DNA of 64,000 nt. It comes from Chloroflexota bacterium (GTDB lineage Bacteria; Chloroflexota; UBA5177). Below, piece by piece: positions 47,901-56,123 of this stretch. The notes under the pieces were generated by a model. The model had not been told where the DNA came from and did not search any database. It saw only the letters and a program-made list of their open reading frames with translations. Each line of letters opens with the position of its first letter. Positions within the stretch are counted from its first letter, which is position 1. A program made the position numbers and the translations under genes. Where the stretch lies: positions 712-64,711 of the forward strand of contig JANWJD010000084.1 of NCBI GenBank assembly GCA_025449555.1, in the 5' to 3' direction.

Positions 47901-48428
47901 ATACTGCAGTTCGAGAAAGTAGCGGTCGGCGAACACCTGTCGATACCAATCCGCCCGCTCTTCAGCGCCACCGAGGTTGCCATCCAGGATTAAACGGGCC
48001 ACTTCACTGCTGGCGCAGGCCGACATACAGATGAGGCCCTCGGAGTGGCGCTCGAGCAACTCGTGGTCCACTCGCGGCTTTCGATAGAAGCCTCGCAAAT
48101 GCGCTTGCGTGGTCAACTGAATGAGATTTCGGTAGCCGGCTTCGTTCTCAGCCAGGAGCACGAGATGGTAGTTCTTCGAAGCTGGTCCGGGTCGTTTCTC
48201 CAGGGGAGCGTCGGAGACGTACACCTCGCAGCCGATGATCGGCTTAACTCCAGCCCCCTTTGCCTTGTCGTAGAACTCAATTGCCGCGAACATGGTGCCG
48301 TGATCGGTCAGCGCCAGTGCCGGCATACCGAAATCACGTGCAGACTGCAGAAGATCGTCAATTCGTGCGAGCCCATCCAGCAGTGAATAGGAGGTGTGGC
48401 TATGGAGGTGCACAAAGTTATCTGTCAC
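44904..48428 (-). CDS. dnaE: DNA polymerase III subunit alpha (replicative DnaE1)
   Basis: FVHLHSHTSYSLLDG, GPGRGSAA, FERFLNPER.TMPDMDLDF, KMDFLGL, YAFNKAHA, QVSLF clamp motif; probable GTG start at 48428. Confidence 0.97.
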   Translation of the reverse strand: MTDNFVHLHSHTSYSLLDGLARIDDLLQSARDFGMPALALTDHGTMFAAIEFYDKAKGAGVKPIIGCEVYVSDAPLEKRPGPASKNYHLVLLAENEAGYRNLIQLTTQAHLRGFYRKPRVDHELLERHSEGLICMSACASSEVARLILDGNLGGAEERADWYRQVFADRYFLELQYHELEFQKTINQGILHLHQRLGVPLVATNDVHYVTERQAYAHEVLLCVQTQTTMSDPKRMRMESQQFYLKSPQQMHALFGDYPGAVSNTIAIADRCNLDLVFGRPHLPKFDTPDGLTSEEYLRRLCEAGLSRRYPEVTAEIRARLEYELTVIFRTGFVDYFLLVYDVIRFAREQGIAVGPGRGSAAASIVAYCLFITNIDPVGHGLSFERFLNPERVTMPDMDLDFADDRRDEVIKYVNEKYGRDRVAQIITFGTMGPRAGVRDVGRVLGMPYPDVDRVAKLVPFMCSKVAKAKEEVAELRQLYETDDAMKTLLDTVEDLEGVARHASTHAAGVVISKDPLAEHVPLYKVPKSDQVTTQYAMASIEKIGLLKMDFLGLRTLTILERARGFIESTTGTSCELDDIPLEDSSIYDLLSSGDTFGIFQVDGAGFRKLMRELRPTEFKHIVAAGALYRPGPMEHIPEFVARKNGLKRVTYDHPALQEVLQETYGIVVYQDQVMRVAALVAGYTMGEADLLRRAMGKKKAAELAKHRSAFIERAGDRGTDAATAEHLFNVIEPFAGYAFNKAHAAAYAVITCQTAYLKANHPREYLAGYLSAERENAEKVTEAMSECGRLGIRILPPDVNRSDVDFTLEDGGIRFGLGAIKHVGTGAVESLLRARNERGPFASLEDLCTRMDSTAINKRVLESLAKCGALDGIGVERKRLVEGLDRIAGFALSVQRAAASGQVSLFGDASTVAPILQLPIVDAASLDEKIEWEEELLGTTVSRHPIADLAPAIRAANAIPVGDVTGEQDAQRVAAGGVVRRLRSFSTKDGRPMASFQLSDLRASVEVVVFSRSYEQVSARLTEGATVVIEGKIDASDGRLRLLASAVHALEDLSDHPLSPGLNGKHKVRSESAGANGNGAASAPSFDRPPKRLTIEIHRGPDRLEDVARIVAAYEVMQRFHGQDEVEILVRKGARLTAIPLPNTSIGYCDELASELTRVLEGAAVRVDGEPLTV

Positions 48429-48467
48429 GGATCCGAGACTCCCGAACTGAGATGAAGCGACAAGAAC

Positions 48468-48540
48468 TATCCTACACCACAGCTTAAGTCCTCTCAAGGC
48501 CCTTGTAGTACTTGAAATGGATTACAAGGGCCTTGGACAC
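48468..48540 (-). promoter_or_regulatory. Predicted dnaE sigma70 promoter overlapped by CAAGG-N-CCTTG palindromes
   Basis: Minus strand TTGAGA-17 nt-TAGGAT; palindromes at 48495-48505 and 48525-48535, which together form a 13-bp inverted repeat. Confidence 0.6.
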
Positions 48541-48709
48541 AGGGTGCAAGAGTGTACATTTCCACAATTCAACACTGGGTCACGTCGCCGCTCAATTCGA
48601 ACTCGAGGCGCGGTCGCACGCGATCCACCGCGTCTGGTCTCTCGCAATTGAGGCGAGCCCACCAATTCTTCGGCGGTTTTATCGGATTGATTCTGGTATG
48701 AGCCCGGAA

Positions 48710-49390
48710 TCAGACGCTGCGGTCGAGATTTTCCAGCATTGCTAGGAACCGGTCGCACAACGCCTGATATTCGGCGGCGGACCAGGACGGATCGGCCGAC
48801 GGCAACTTTTCCAGCAGTCGGGCCTTGGCGTGTAATAGCTCGCTGCCGAGACCAGGACTCGCCGAACGCACACTCTTTGCACTGTTCAACACTGCTCCGG
48901 TCTGAGGAGCGCTTTCTTCAGCTTCCGCCGCCGGCAGTGACGTGTCCTCAGACGTAGAAACAGCATCGGCATCATCGATCTTCGCCAGGTGACACACGGC
49001 GTAGAAGAATCGGGCTGCATTCTTCGCTTGCGATGCCGAGCTACTTATGCGGAAAAAATTGACCAGATCTTCCTGGGTCCACTTATCCGCCCCGGCATCA
49101 AATACAGGCTTGTACGCGGTCTCAACAAGATGTCGAAGCGTCGGCTCAAACCGATCGGTCGTTTGCAGCAGTCGATAGGCATGAGTCGGCTTGCCGCGAT
49201 CGTCCACGACGCCCAGAAATTTCAAGGCACTCAAAAGCGCATACTCATTGTTGCTCGCCACGTTCAGCTTCTCGAGAAAGCTGTGATCTACCACCTCCGG
49301 AACTTGACGGTCACGGATTCGCGCGAAAAAACGCTCGAGAGACGAGATCGGCGCATAGGGAGCGCGACGAACCGCGAAGTCGCTTGCCAT
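48710..49390 (-). CDS. DUF5343 domain protein (predicted winged-helix DNA-binding)
   Basis: PY....L..F...I.....P..VD..FL.......N....LL.ALKFLG.VD..GKPT..Y pattern; Ala/Ser-rich linker; short helical C-terminal domain. Confidence 0.75.
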   Translation of the reverse strand: MASDFAVRRAPYAPISSLERFFARIRDRQVPEVVDHSFLEKLNVASNNEYALLSALKFLGVVDDRGKPTHAYRLLQTTDRFEPTLRHLVETAYKPVFDAGADKWTQEDLVNFFRISSSASQAKNAARFFYAVCHLAKIDDADAVSTSEDTSLPAAEAEESAPQTGAVLNSAKSVRSASPGLGSELLHAKARLLEKLPSADPSWSAAEYQALCDRFLAMLENLDRSV

Positions 49391-49407
49391 CAATGCAGCC
49401 ACCTGTA

Positions 49408-49566
49408 TTCCAAGGCTGTAACTCTTGGACACAAGGTACCACAAAGGCTGGTATCGTACAAGGCACCTTGGACCTCATATCGCGAGTCTAACGTTCACTT
49501 GTGCAATCTGTAACCGGGACGATCGCTTAGACAATTGTGGATACAAGGTATGTTACAGACCTTGGC
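49408..49566. repeat. Cluster of CAAGG / CCTTGG / CTGTAAC motifs upstream of the DUF5343 gene
   Basis: CAAGG at 49411, 49432, 49459, 49544; CTTGG at about 49424, 49467, 49561; CTGTAAC at 49416, 49508 and inverted at 49552. Confidence 0.65.
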
Positions 49567-49615
49567 GGAGCCCCAGCTTCGGCCGCCCTCGCCTAGACCA
49601 GATTCGCGCCGCTGC

Positions 49616-50254
49616 TTACACGCCGCGCTGCAGGGCACGGGCTAGTTCTGCCTGCCGGATGCTGATCGTGAGATCACCACGTGTGCGCTCCAGGACGGCC
49701 CGCAGCGAATCCGTGGTTCTCCGCAGACCCCCCGTGATCGCGTCGGGATAATCTACGGTTATGAGGTTCGTGTACACGTCATCCATGATTTTTAGTACAC
49801 GCTCGGCCTCTTGCATTTCGGCTTCTCCGCCGCGGCGGATGATGTCGAGTACATAGCGCCGCATCTCGCTAGCGGCTTCCGCCATACCGTTTAGAAACGG
49901 CGCCGGCTCGATGCCCAGCTCGCTCGGTTGCGGGAGTTCCTGCGACTGCAATATCGCGGCCACGATAAAGGCCTCGGCAATTTCCTTCTGGGCGTCCTGT
50001 ACGTACCCGGTCCAGTACAGATCCGGGTGTCCTTCCAGATCGAATTTGGTAGCTTGCACCATGCTACGACCAGCGTCGAGCGATTCCTGGGCACGCTCGT
50101 ATTCGCCCCGGTGAAGCGCCCGAATTCCGGTCGCCGCGTGTCGCACTATCTGGCGGGATTCGACCAGTGCGCGATCGCGTGCCTGGTTCTTGGTCTCGAG
50201 GTCCCCGACGATTCGCGACACCGCCCCGTCTATGTCCATATTGAAGATCTTCAT
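49616..50254 (-). CDS. Translin/TRAX (C3PO)-family protein
   Basis: All-helical; R..AL..SR.I.R.A...I.A.HRG, QKEIAEA, FLNGMAEAASEMRR, LRRTTD..R..LE; GAGGAG RBS. Confidence 0.85.
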   Translation of the reverse strand: MKIFNMDIDGAVSRIVGDLETKNQARDRALVESRQIVRHAATGIRALHRGEYERAQESLDAGRSMVQATKFDLEGHPDLYWTGYVQDAQKEIAEAFIVAAILQSQELPQPSELGIEPAPFLNGMAEAASEMRRYVLDIIRRGGEAEMQEAERVLKIMDDVYTNLITVDYPDAITGGLRRTTDSLRAVLERTRGDLTISIRQAELARALQRGV

Positions 50255-50343
50255 GCCGACTCCTCTTGATACTGTGGTCTGTAGACCTCCATCCTAGTCA
50301 GATACGCTCGTGCACCAAGGTCCGAAAGAGCGAAGGCGTTTCA

Positions 50344-51084
50344 TTGAACGAACAAAGGCTGCAAAAGGTCTTGGCCTCCCGCGGTGTGGCATCCCGGCGC
50401 GCGGCGGAGAGACTGATCGCGGAGGGGAACGTCACTGTGAACGGCTTGACTGCCACTGTGGGTCAGGCCGTCGATCCGGACCACGACCGCATCGAAGTGA
50501 ACGGGCACCCAGTTACGATCACCTTGACCGTTCGGTACTTGGCGCTCCATAAACCGGAGGGGTATGTTACGTCGACGGTAGGCGAGGAAGGACAGCGCAC
50601 CGTCATGGAACTCATCGATGCGCGGGAGCGTCTCTATCCGGTGGGACGTCTGGATCTTGATTCTGCGGGGCTGTTGCTGTTCACCAATGACGGTGACTGG
50701 GCAAATCTTGTCGTTCACCCCAGATATGAGATCGAGAAGGAATACATCGCCGTGGTGCGAGGACATCCGTCGAATCAAATTCTGGAGGTCTTGCGGAACG
50801 GCGTTCGTCTCCCGACTGGGGAAGTGACGTCTCGGTGTAGGGTAGAGACATTGCTCCGGGCCGAAACCACGAGCTCGCTTCAGGTAACAGTGCACGAGGG
50901 GAAAAAGAGGCAGATTCGCCTCATGTTGGCCGCAGTGGGACACCCCGTGTTGCGACTCACAAGAGTGAGAATCGGACCAATTCGGCTGGGCGACCTGGCT
51001 CGAGGCACGTGGCGCGAGCTGACACACGAGGAAGTCAGCGCGATTCGTAACTCTGCACAAAGTGGGGCACGCGCTGTTGACTAA
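50344..51084 (+). CDS. rluB: Pseudouridine synthase RluB/RsuA family
   Basis: S4 domain RLQKVLA..GVASRR, HKP.GYV, PVGRLD, HPRYEIEKEY, EGKKRQIR. Confidence 0.93.
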   Translation: MNEQRLQKVLASRGVASRRAAERLIAEGNVTVNGLTATVGQAVDPDHDRIEVNGHPVTITLTVRYLALHKPEGYVTSTVGEEGQRTVMELIDARERLYPVGRLDLDSAGLLLFTNDGDWANLVVHPRYEIEKEYIAVVRGHPSNQILEVLRNGVRLPTGEVTSRCRVETLLRAETTSSLQVTVHEGKKRQIRLMLAAVGHPVLRLTRVRIGPIRLGDLARGTWRELTHEEVSAIRNSAQSGARAVD

Positions 51085-51754
51085 GGCAGATTCGCATATC
51101 GCCATCGACGGGCCGGCGGCATCGGGCAAGTCCACCTTGGGACGCTCCATTGCCGACTCGTTGGGCTATAAGTTCCTGGATACAGGACAGATGTATCGCG
51201 CGGTAACTCTCAAAGCGCTCATAGACCGTGTACCCGCAGACGACGAAGCTCGGCTGAGCGAGATCGCTCAAGGCCTCGACTTTGCTCTCTCCCCCAACGG
51301 TCTGCTAATCGACGGCGTGCCCGCCGGACAGGAACTCCATTCCCCCGAAGTCGACTCGGCCGTGTCCGAGATCTCGGCCCAAACGGCGGTTCGCTCGGCA
51401 CTGGTGCGTCGGCAACGCGAAATTGCCACTGGGGACCCGATCGTGATGGTGGGTCGGGACATTGGCACGACGGTTTTGCCGAATGCGCCGGTGAAGTTGT
51501 GGTTGACGGCGTCAGACTCGGAACGTGCGCGCCGGCGCCTGCGGGATCAGCCGGAACAAGTAGTGCGAGAGGGGCATGAGGCGGCCCTGGCTCGACTCGG
51601 TTCGCGTGACCGATACGACGCTTCCCGCGCTCACTCGCCCTTACAAAGAGCGGCCGATGCTATATTTATAGATACCGACGGACGAAGTCCGGGACAGGTC
51701 CTCGATCAAGCGTTGGCGGCCATTCGAGCCGTATTCGGGGGCAGTCCATTTTAG
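51062..51754 (+). CDS. cmk: Cytidylate kinase
   Basis: IAIDGPAASGKST, LDTGQMYRA, GRDIGTTVLP. Confidence 0.96.
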   Translation: MGHALLTKADSHIAIDGPAASGKSTLGRSIADSLGYKFLDTGQMYRAVTLKALIDRVPADDEARLSEIAQGLDFALSPNGLLIDGVPAGQELHSPEVDSAVSEISAQTAVRSALVRRQREIATGDPIVMVGRDIGTTVLPNAPVKLWLTASDSERARRRLRDQPEQVVREGHEAALARLGSRDRYDASRAHSPLQRAADAIFIDTDGRSPGQVLDQALAAIRAVFGGSPF

Positions 51755-51852
51755 GAATGAAGTACGGCTGTTCTCAGGGAGATGCGGCGGTGCCGCTTCT
51801 CGTGTATTGCGGTCGAGTGGCGGGCTATCGTTCCCGCCTGGAGTGATTTGCA

Positions 51853-53187
51853 ATGGCGAAACCATTAATTGCGCTTGTGGGCCGGCCGAATGTCGGCAAG
51901 TCCACGTTATTCAATCGCCTGGTCGGCGAACGCTCGGCCATCGTGGAAGATTTGCCCGGCACGACGCGAGATCGGCTCTATGGGGAATTCGAATGGCGCG
52001 GACGTCGACTTGCCGTGGTAGATACCGGCGGCATGATCCCAGGTGTTGAGGAAGAAATTTCGGAAGGCGTTTTCGAGCAGGCTGAGCTTGCGATTGAGGA
52101 AGCGGATATTATTGTGTTCGTCCTCGATGGCCGGACTGGAATCACGCCGGTCGATCAAGAGATTGCGGAACTGCTGCGTCGCACCAGGAAGCCCTTGGTA
52201 GTGGCAGCCAATAAGGCCGACAACACCAAGCAAGAACTTTTAGCTGCTGAGTTCTTTGAATTAGGGTTAGGAGATCCGATTGCCATCTCGGCGGCCCGCG
52301 GACTGAACACGGGGGATTTTCTCGACCGAGTGGATGAATTGCTGCCGGCACCGATTGATGAAGCGATGGACGAGGACCAGGTGCGGGTTGCAATTATCGG
52401 TCGTCCGAACGTCGGCAAGAGTTCCCTCGTCAACTCTCTGACCGGGCAGAAACGGGCCGTCGTTTCGAACGTGCCCGGCACGACGCGCGACGCGGTAGAC
52501 ACCTTCGTTGAACACAATGGCCACGGTATCGTACTGGTGGACACTGCCGGCATCCGTCGTAGGGGCAAGATCACCCCTGGAATCGAGCGCTACAGCGTGC
52601 TCCGCGCGATGCGGGCGATCGATCGAGCAGACGTGGCAGTGCTCTTGATCGACGCGACCGAGCCATTGGCGGCTCAAGATGCACATGTGGCGGGATTCGT
52701 CCAGGAGCAAGCAAAGGGTCTAATCGTCGCGGTAAACAAGTGGGACTTGATCCAAAAAGAGTCGCATACTATGGCTCAGTTCGAGCGACTCATTCGAAAC
52801 GAACTCAAATTCATGCCATATGTGCCGTTCGTCTTCATCTCTGCGAAGTCGGGCCAGCGCGTGGAAAACGTGCTCACCCTAGCGCTGCAAATTGCCGAAG
52901 AGCGAAAGAAAAGAATTCCCACCGGCGTGCTCAACGATGCCGTGCGAAGAATGTTGGCCGAGCACCAAACACCCTCGTCCCGGGGTAAGATCCTCAAACT
53001 GTTTTATGTCACGCAAGTAGCGACGGATCCTCCGACCTTCGTGGTGTGGGTGAATAATCCGAGTCTTGTACACTTCGGGTTCGAACGTTTTCTCGAAAAC
53101 CGATTGCGCGAGAAGTTCGGATTCTTTGGGACGCCCATTCGTGTGTTCTTTCGCGCCCGAGCACAGGAAGCCGCAACCGCCCGCTAG
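51853..53187 (+). CDS. der: Ribosome biogenesis GTPase Der (EngA)
   Basis: Two GRPNVGKS P-loops, PGTTRD twice, DTAG, NKWD, C-terminal KH-like domain. Confidence 0.97.
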   Translation: MAKPLIALVGRPNVGKSTLFNRLVGERSAIVEDLPGTTRDRLYGEFEWRGRRLAVVDTGGMIPGVEEEISEGVFEQAELAIEEADIIVFVLDGRTGITPVDQEIAELLRRTRKPLVVAANKADNTKQELLAAEFFELGLGDPIAISAARGLNTGDFLDRVDELLPAPIDEAMDEDQVRVAIIGRPNVGKSSLVNSLTGQKRAVVSNVPGTTRDAVDTFVEHNGHGIVLVDTAGIRRRGKITPGIERYSVLRAMRAIDRADVAVLLIDATEPLAAQDAHVAGFVQEQAKGLIVAVNKWDLIQKESHTMAQFERLIRNELKFMPYVPFVFISAKSGQRVENVLTLALQIAEERKKRIPTGVLNDAVRRMLAEHQTPSSRGKILKLFYVTQVATDPPTFVVWVNNPSLVHFGFERFLENRLREKFGFFGTPIRVFFRARAQEAATAR

Positions 53188-54629
53188 TCCAGTCCCGCCA
53201 TTTGCTTTCCGGCGGCAAGGATCTGCTTGGCCAAGGCCGGGTTTGTAGCTTCGGTGTAGAGGCGTATGAGCGGTTCCGTGCCCGACGATCGGACCAGCAG
53301 CCAGCTCCCATCGGTTAGAAAGTACTTGTACCCGTCGAGGGTCTGCACATGATCGATCTTCTGGCCGGCCAGTTCAGAGGGGTGTTCTCCCGCGAACCGT
53401 CCGTATACTTCCTCACGCTTCTCCTCCGGGAACCTCACATCGACGCGCTCATAGTACGAGGGTCCGGCTTCATCCTGAAGATGTTCGACGATTTTCGACA
53501 TGGGTAAGTCGTACGCCTGTAACATCTCCATCACGTACATGGCTGCGAGGCTGCCATCCCGCTCGGGGATATGTCCACGAAATGCGTACCCGCCGCTTTC
53601 CTCGCCCCCGATCATGGCGTCGTGCTCTCGCATGGCGGGTCCGATGTACTTAAAGCCGACCGGCGTTTCGATGACGTCGACGCCGTACTTCTCGCCCAGC
53701 CGATTGGCGAGAGAAGTCGTACTCACCGACTTTACGATCGCACCGCGCCAGCCCTTCTTTTCCAAAAGGTACATGATCAGGAGACCGTAGACGAGGAGCT
53801 GATTAATGAAGGTCCCTTTCTCATCAACCAGACCAAACCGATCGGCATCTCCGTCGAGGGCCAATCCAACATCGGCCCCCCGCTCCGTCACTGCAGTCAT
53901 GAGCTTCCCGAGATTCACGGCAATGGGTTCCGGATTCACGCCACCAAAGTACGGATTCCTGTAGTTGTTCAGCTCCCAAAGCTGCAAGGACCCCCCCGAG
54001 AGTAGGTGAGGAATGTACCCCATGCCGGCACCATACATTGGATCGATGACAACTTTTAAGTTCGAGGCCCGGATCGGTCCCGGATCCACAATTACTGCCA
54101 ACCGCTGGAGATAACTCGGGGCCACCTCGAAACGCTCCACCTTTCCTTGCGACAGCGCGACCTGAAGATCCAGGCGGCGTACCGATTGCTCGCCAAAAAC
54201 AACTTCTGCCTGTTTCTCGATCGCGGAAACGGTCGCCGGATCGGCGGAACCGGCATATTCAGGTTTGTACTTGTATCCGTTATCGGTCCACGGATTGTGG
54301 CTCGCGGTGATCATCGCGGCGCCGGCCGCCTTGTGGGTCAGGATCGAGTAGGAAACCGCTGGAGTGGCTGCAGCTTCGGCTGCGAGTAACACGTGGATGT
54401 CGTTGGCGGCCAGAACTTCTGCCACTGCGCCGGCAAAGTATTCAGAGGCGAATCTCATGTCGTAACCGACCACGAAAGGGTCCTTTGCCTGGCCCTTGTC
54501 CCTCAGAAAGTTCGCGGTAGCTTGGGCCACAATCCGGACGTTCTCGAAGGTGTACGCCTCTGCTATAGCGGCGCGCCAACCATCGGTTCCGAACTTGATG
54601 GGGCTTGCGGTGTTCGTTGCCGTAGCCAT
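53184..54629 (-). CDS. Phosphoglucomutase/phosphomannomutase
   Basis: FGTDGWR, TASHNP, DGDADR, GEESGG, RSSGTEP. Confidence 0.95.
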   Translation of the reverse strand: MATATNTASPIKFGTDGWRAAIAEAYTFENVRIVAQATANFLRDKGQAKDPFVVGYDMRFASEYFAGAVAEVLAANDIHVLLAAEAAATPAVSYSILTHKAAGAAMITASHNPWTDNGYKYKPEYAGSADPATVSAIEKQAEVVFGEQSVRRLDLQVALSQGKVERFEVAPSYLQRLAVIVDPGPIRASNLKVVIDPMYGAGMGYIPHLLSGGSLQLWELNNYRNPYFGGVNPEPIAVNLGKLMTAVTERGADVGLALDGDADRFGLVDEKGTFINQLLVYGLLIMYLLEKKGWRGAIVKSVSTTSLANRLGEKYGVDVIETPVGFKYIGPAMREHDAMIGGEESGGYAFRGHIPERDGSLAAMYVMEMLQAYDLPMSKIVEHLQDEAGPSYYERVDVRFPEEKREEVYGRFAGEHPSELAGQKIDHVQTLDGYKYFLTDGSWLLVRSSGTEPLIRLYTEATNPALAKQILAAGKQMAGLD

Positions 54630-54771
54630 GGCCACAACTCCCTCAGCGTCAAAATTTAGCGTCCATCGAATTGTACAGGCGGCAATGCCCCTTCCCACCC
54701 GCAAGCGTCGACCTTCACTCGGAGGGATTCAGCCAGGTTGGTTCTATTGCCGACAAGGGTGCCGAAATGTG

Positions 54772-54811
54772 AGAGCGGGAGCCGCCTGCGTTCAACGGCA
54801 GCTCCCGCTCT
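54772..54811 (-). terminator. Stem-loop after ahcY
   Basis: AGAGCGGGAGC...GCTCCCGCTCT inverted repeat. Confidence 0.65.
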
Positions 54812-54845
54812 TCATGGATTCAGATATGTTCGTCCCTCGGTGCTC

Positions 54846-56123
54846 TTAGGTGCCCGACTGCCAGGAGTTGATGTAGAGCTCCTGCTCGGGAGTCAGAACA
54901 TCAATGTCTATGTTCATCGACGCCAATTTGAGTCGGGCGATCTCCTGGTCGATCTCGGTGGGAACGATATAGACGCCGGGCGACAACTCAGCCTTCTTCT
55001 GCTGCAGGTACTCCGCCGACAGGGCCTGGTTCGCAAAACTCATGTCCATGACAGCCGCCGGGTGACCTTCGGCGGCAGACAGGTTGAGGAGTCGGCCCTC
55101 TGCAAGCAAGTAGATCTTTCGACCATTGACGTCGAATTGTTCGACGAAATCCCGCAGCAAGGTGCGGCTGCTCGCAAGGGATTCCAGCGCCGGAATATTG
55201 ATCTCGTCGTTGAAATGGCCGGTGTTGGCGATGACCACGCCGTCTTTCATGACCGCGAAGTGTCGCCGATCGAGCACATTGAGGTTTCCGGTGACTGTGA
55301 TGATGAGGTCGGCGACCTTGGCTGCTTCCTCCATCGGCATGGCCAGATAACCGTCCATCACCGCCTCGAGGGCGCGCGTGGGATTAATTTCCGTGACAAT
55401 GACGTTGGCGCCGAGACCTGATAATCTGCTCGCCAGCCCGCGTCCGCACCATCCGTAGCCTGCGACCGCTACCCGCTTACCGGCCAACAGCATATTTGTA
55501 GCGCGGAGCAGTCCGTCGATGGTGCTCTGACCCGTTCCGTATCGATTGTCGAAGAGATGTTTGGTGTCGGCCTCATTTACTGCCACGATCGGATAAGCCA
55601 GCGCACCGTCGGCGGTCATACTTTGAAGCCGGATGACTCCTGTAGTGGTTTCCTCGGTACCGCCAAAAATGGCGTCAAGCAGTTCGCGGCGGTCTTGGTG
55701 AATACGGGTCACAAGATCGTTACCGTCATCCATCGTCATGTTAGGATTCGAATTCAGCACAGCGTCGATGTGCCCAAAGTAGGTGTCACGATCCTCGCCC
55801 TTAATGGCGAAGGTCGGAATGTCGTAGTGGACATTGAGCGCGGCCGCCACGTCATCCTGGGTGCTGAGCGGGTTCGAGGCACATAGGAACACGGACGCTC
55901 CCCCGGCTTTCAGTGTTCGCACAAGATTGGCGGTCTCCGTGGTCACGTGCAAGCAAGCAGCTATCTTCACTCCGGCCAGCGGCTGCTCATCCGCAAACCG
56001 CTCGCGAATCATGCGCAAGACCGGCATGGTCGAGTCGGCCCACTCGATTCGGACCTTTCCCTTATCGGCGAGTCCGAAATTCTTTACGTCGCCTTTTGAG
56101 GATACCTCAGTTTGCATTGTCAT
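54846..56123 (-). CDS. ahcY: Adenosylhomocysteinase (SAH hydrolase)
   Basis: CLHVTTET, SNPLSTQD, EETTTG, KHLFDNRYGTGQS, GYGWCGRG, GHF, EGRLLNL. Confidence 0.97.
   Translation of the reverse strand: MTMQTEVSSKGDVKNFGLADKGKVRIEWADSTMPVLRMIRERFADEQPLAGVKIAACLHVTTETANLVRTLKAGGASVFLCASNPLSTQDDVAAALNVHYDIPTFAIKGEDRDTYFGHIDAVLNSNPNMTMDDGNDLVTRIHQDRRELLDAIFGGTEETTTGVIRLQSMTADGALAYPIVAVNEADTKHLFDNRYGTGQSTIDGLLRATNMLLAGKRVAVAGYGWCGRGLASRLSGLGANVIVTEINPTRALEAVMDGYLAMPMEEAAKVADLIITVTGNLNVLDRRHFAVMKDGVVIANTGHFNDEINIPALESLASSRTLLRDFVEQFDVNGRKIYLLAEGRLLNLSAAEGHPAAVMDMSFANQALSAEYLQQKKAELSPGVYIVPTEIDQEIARLKLASMNIDIDVLTPEQELYINSWQSGT

Noticed and set aside
14723..48428. Inteins in DnaE2 or DnaE1
   Set aside because: No Cys...His-Asn splice junctions or LAGLIDADG motifs; protein lengths are normal apart from the low-complexity DnaE2 insert.
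48480..49570. Chromosomal oriC
   Set aside because: Only two imperfect DnaA boxes, no dnaA/dnaN nearby and no clear AT-rich unwinding element.
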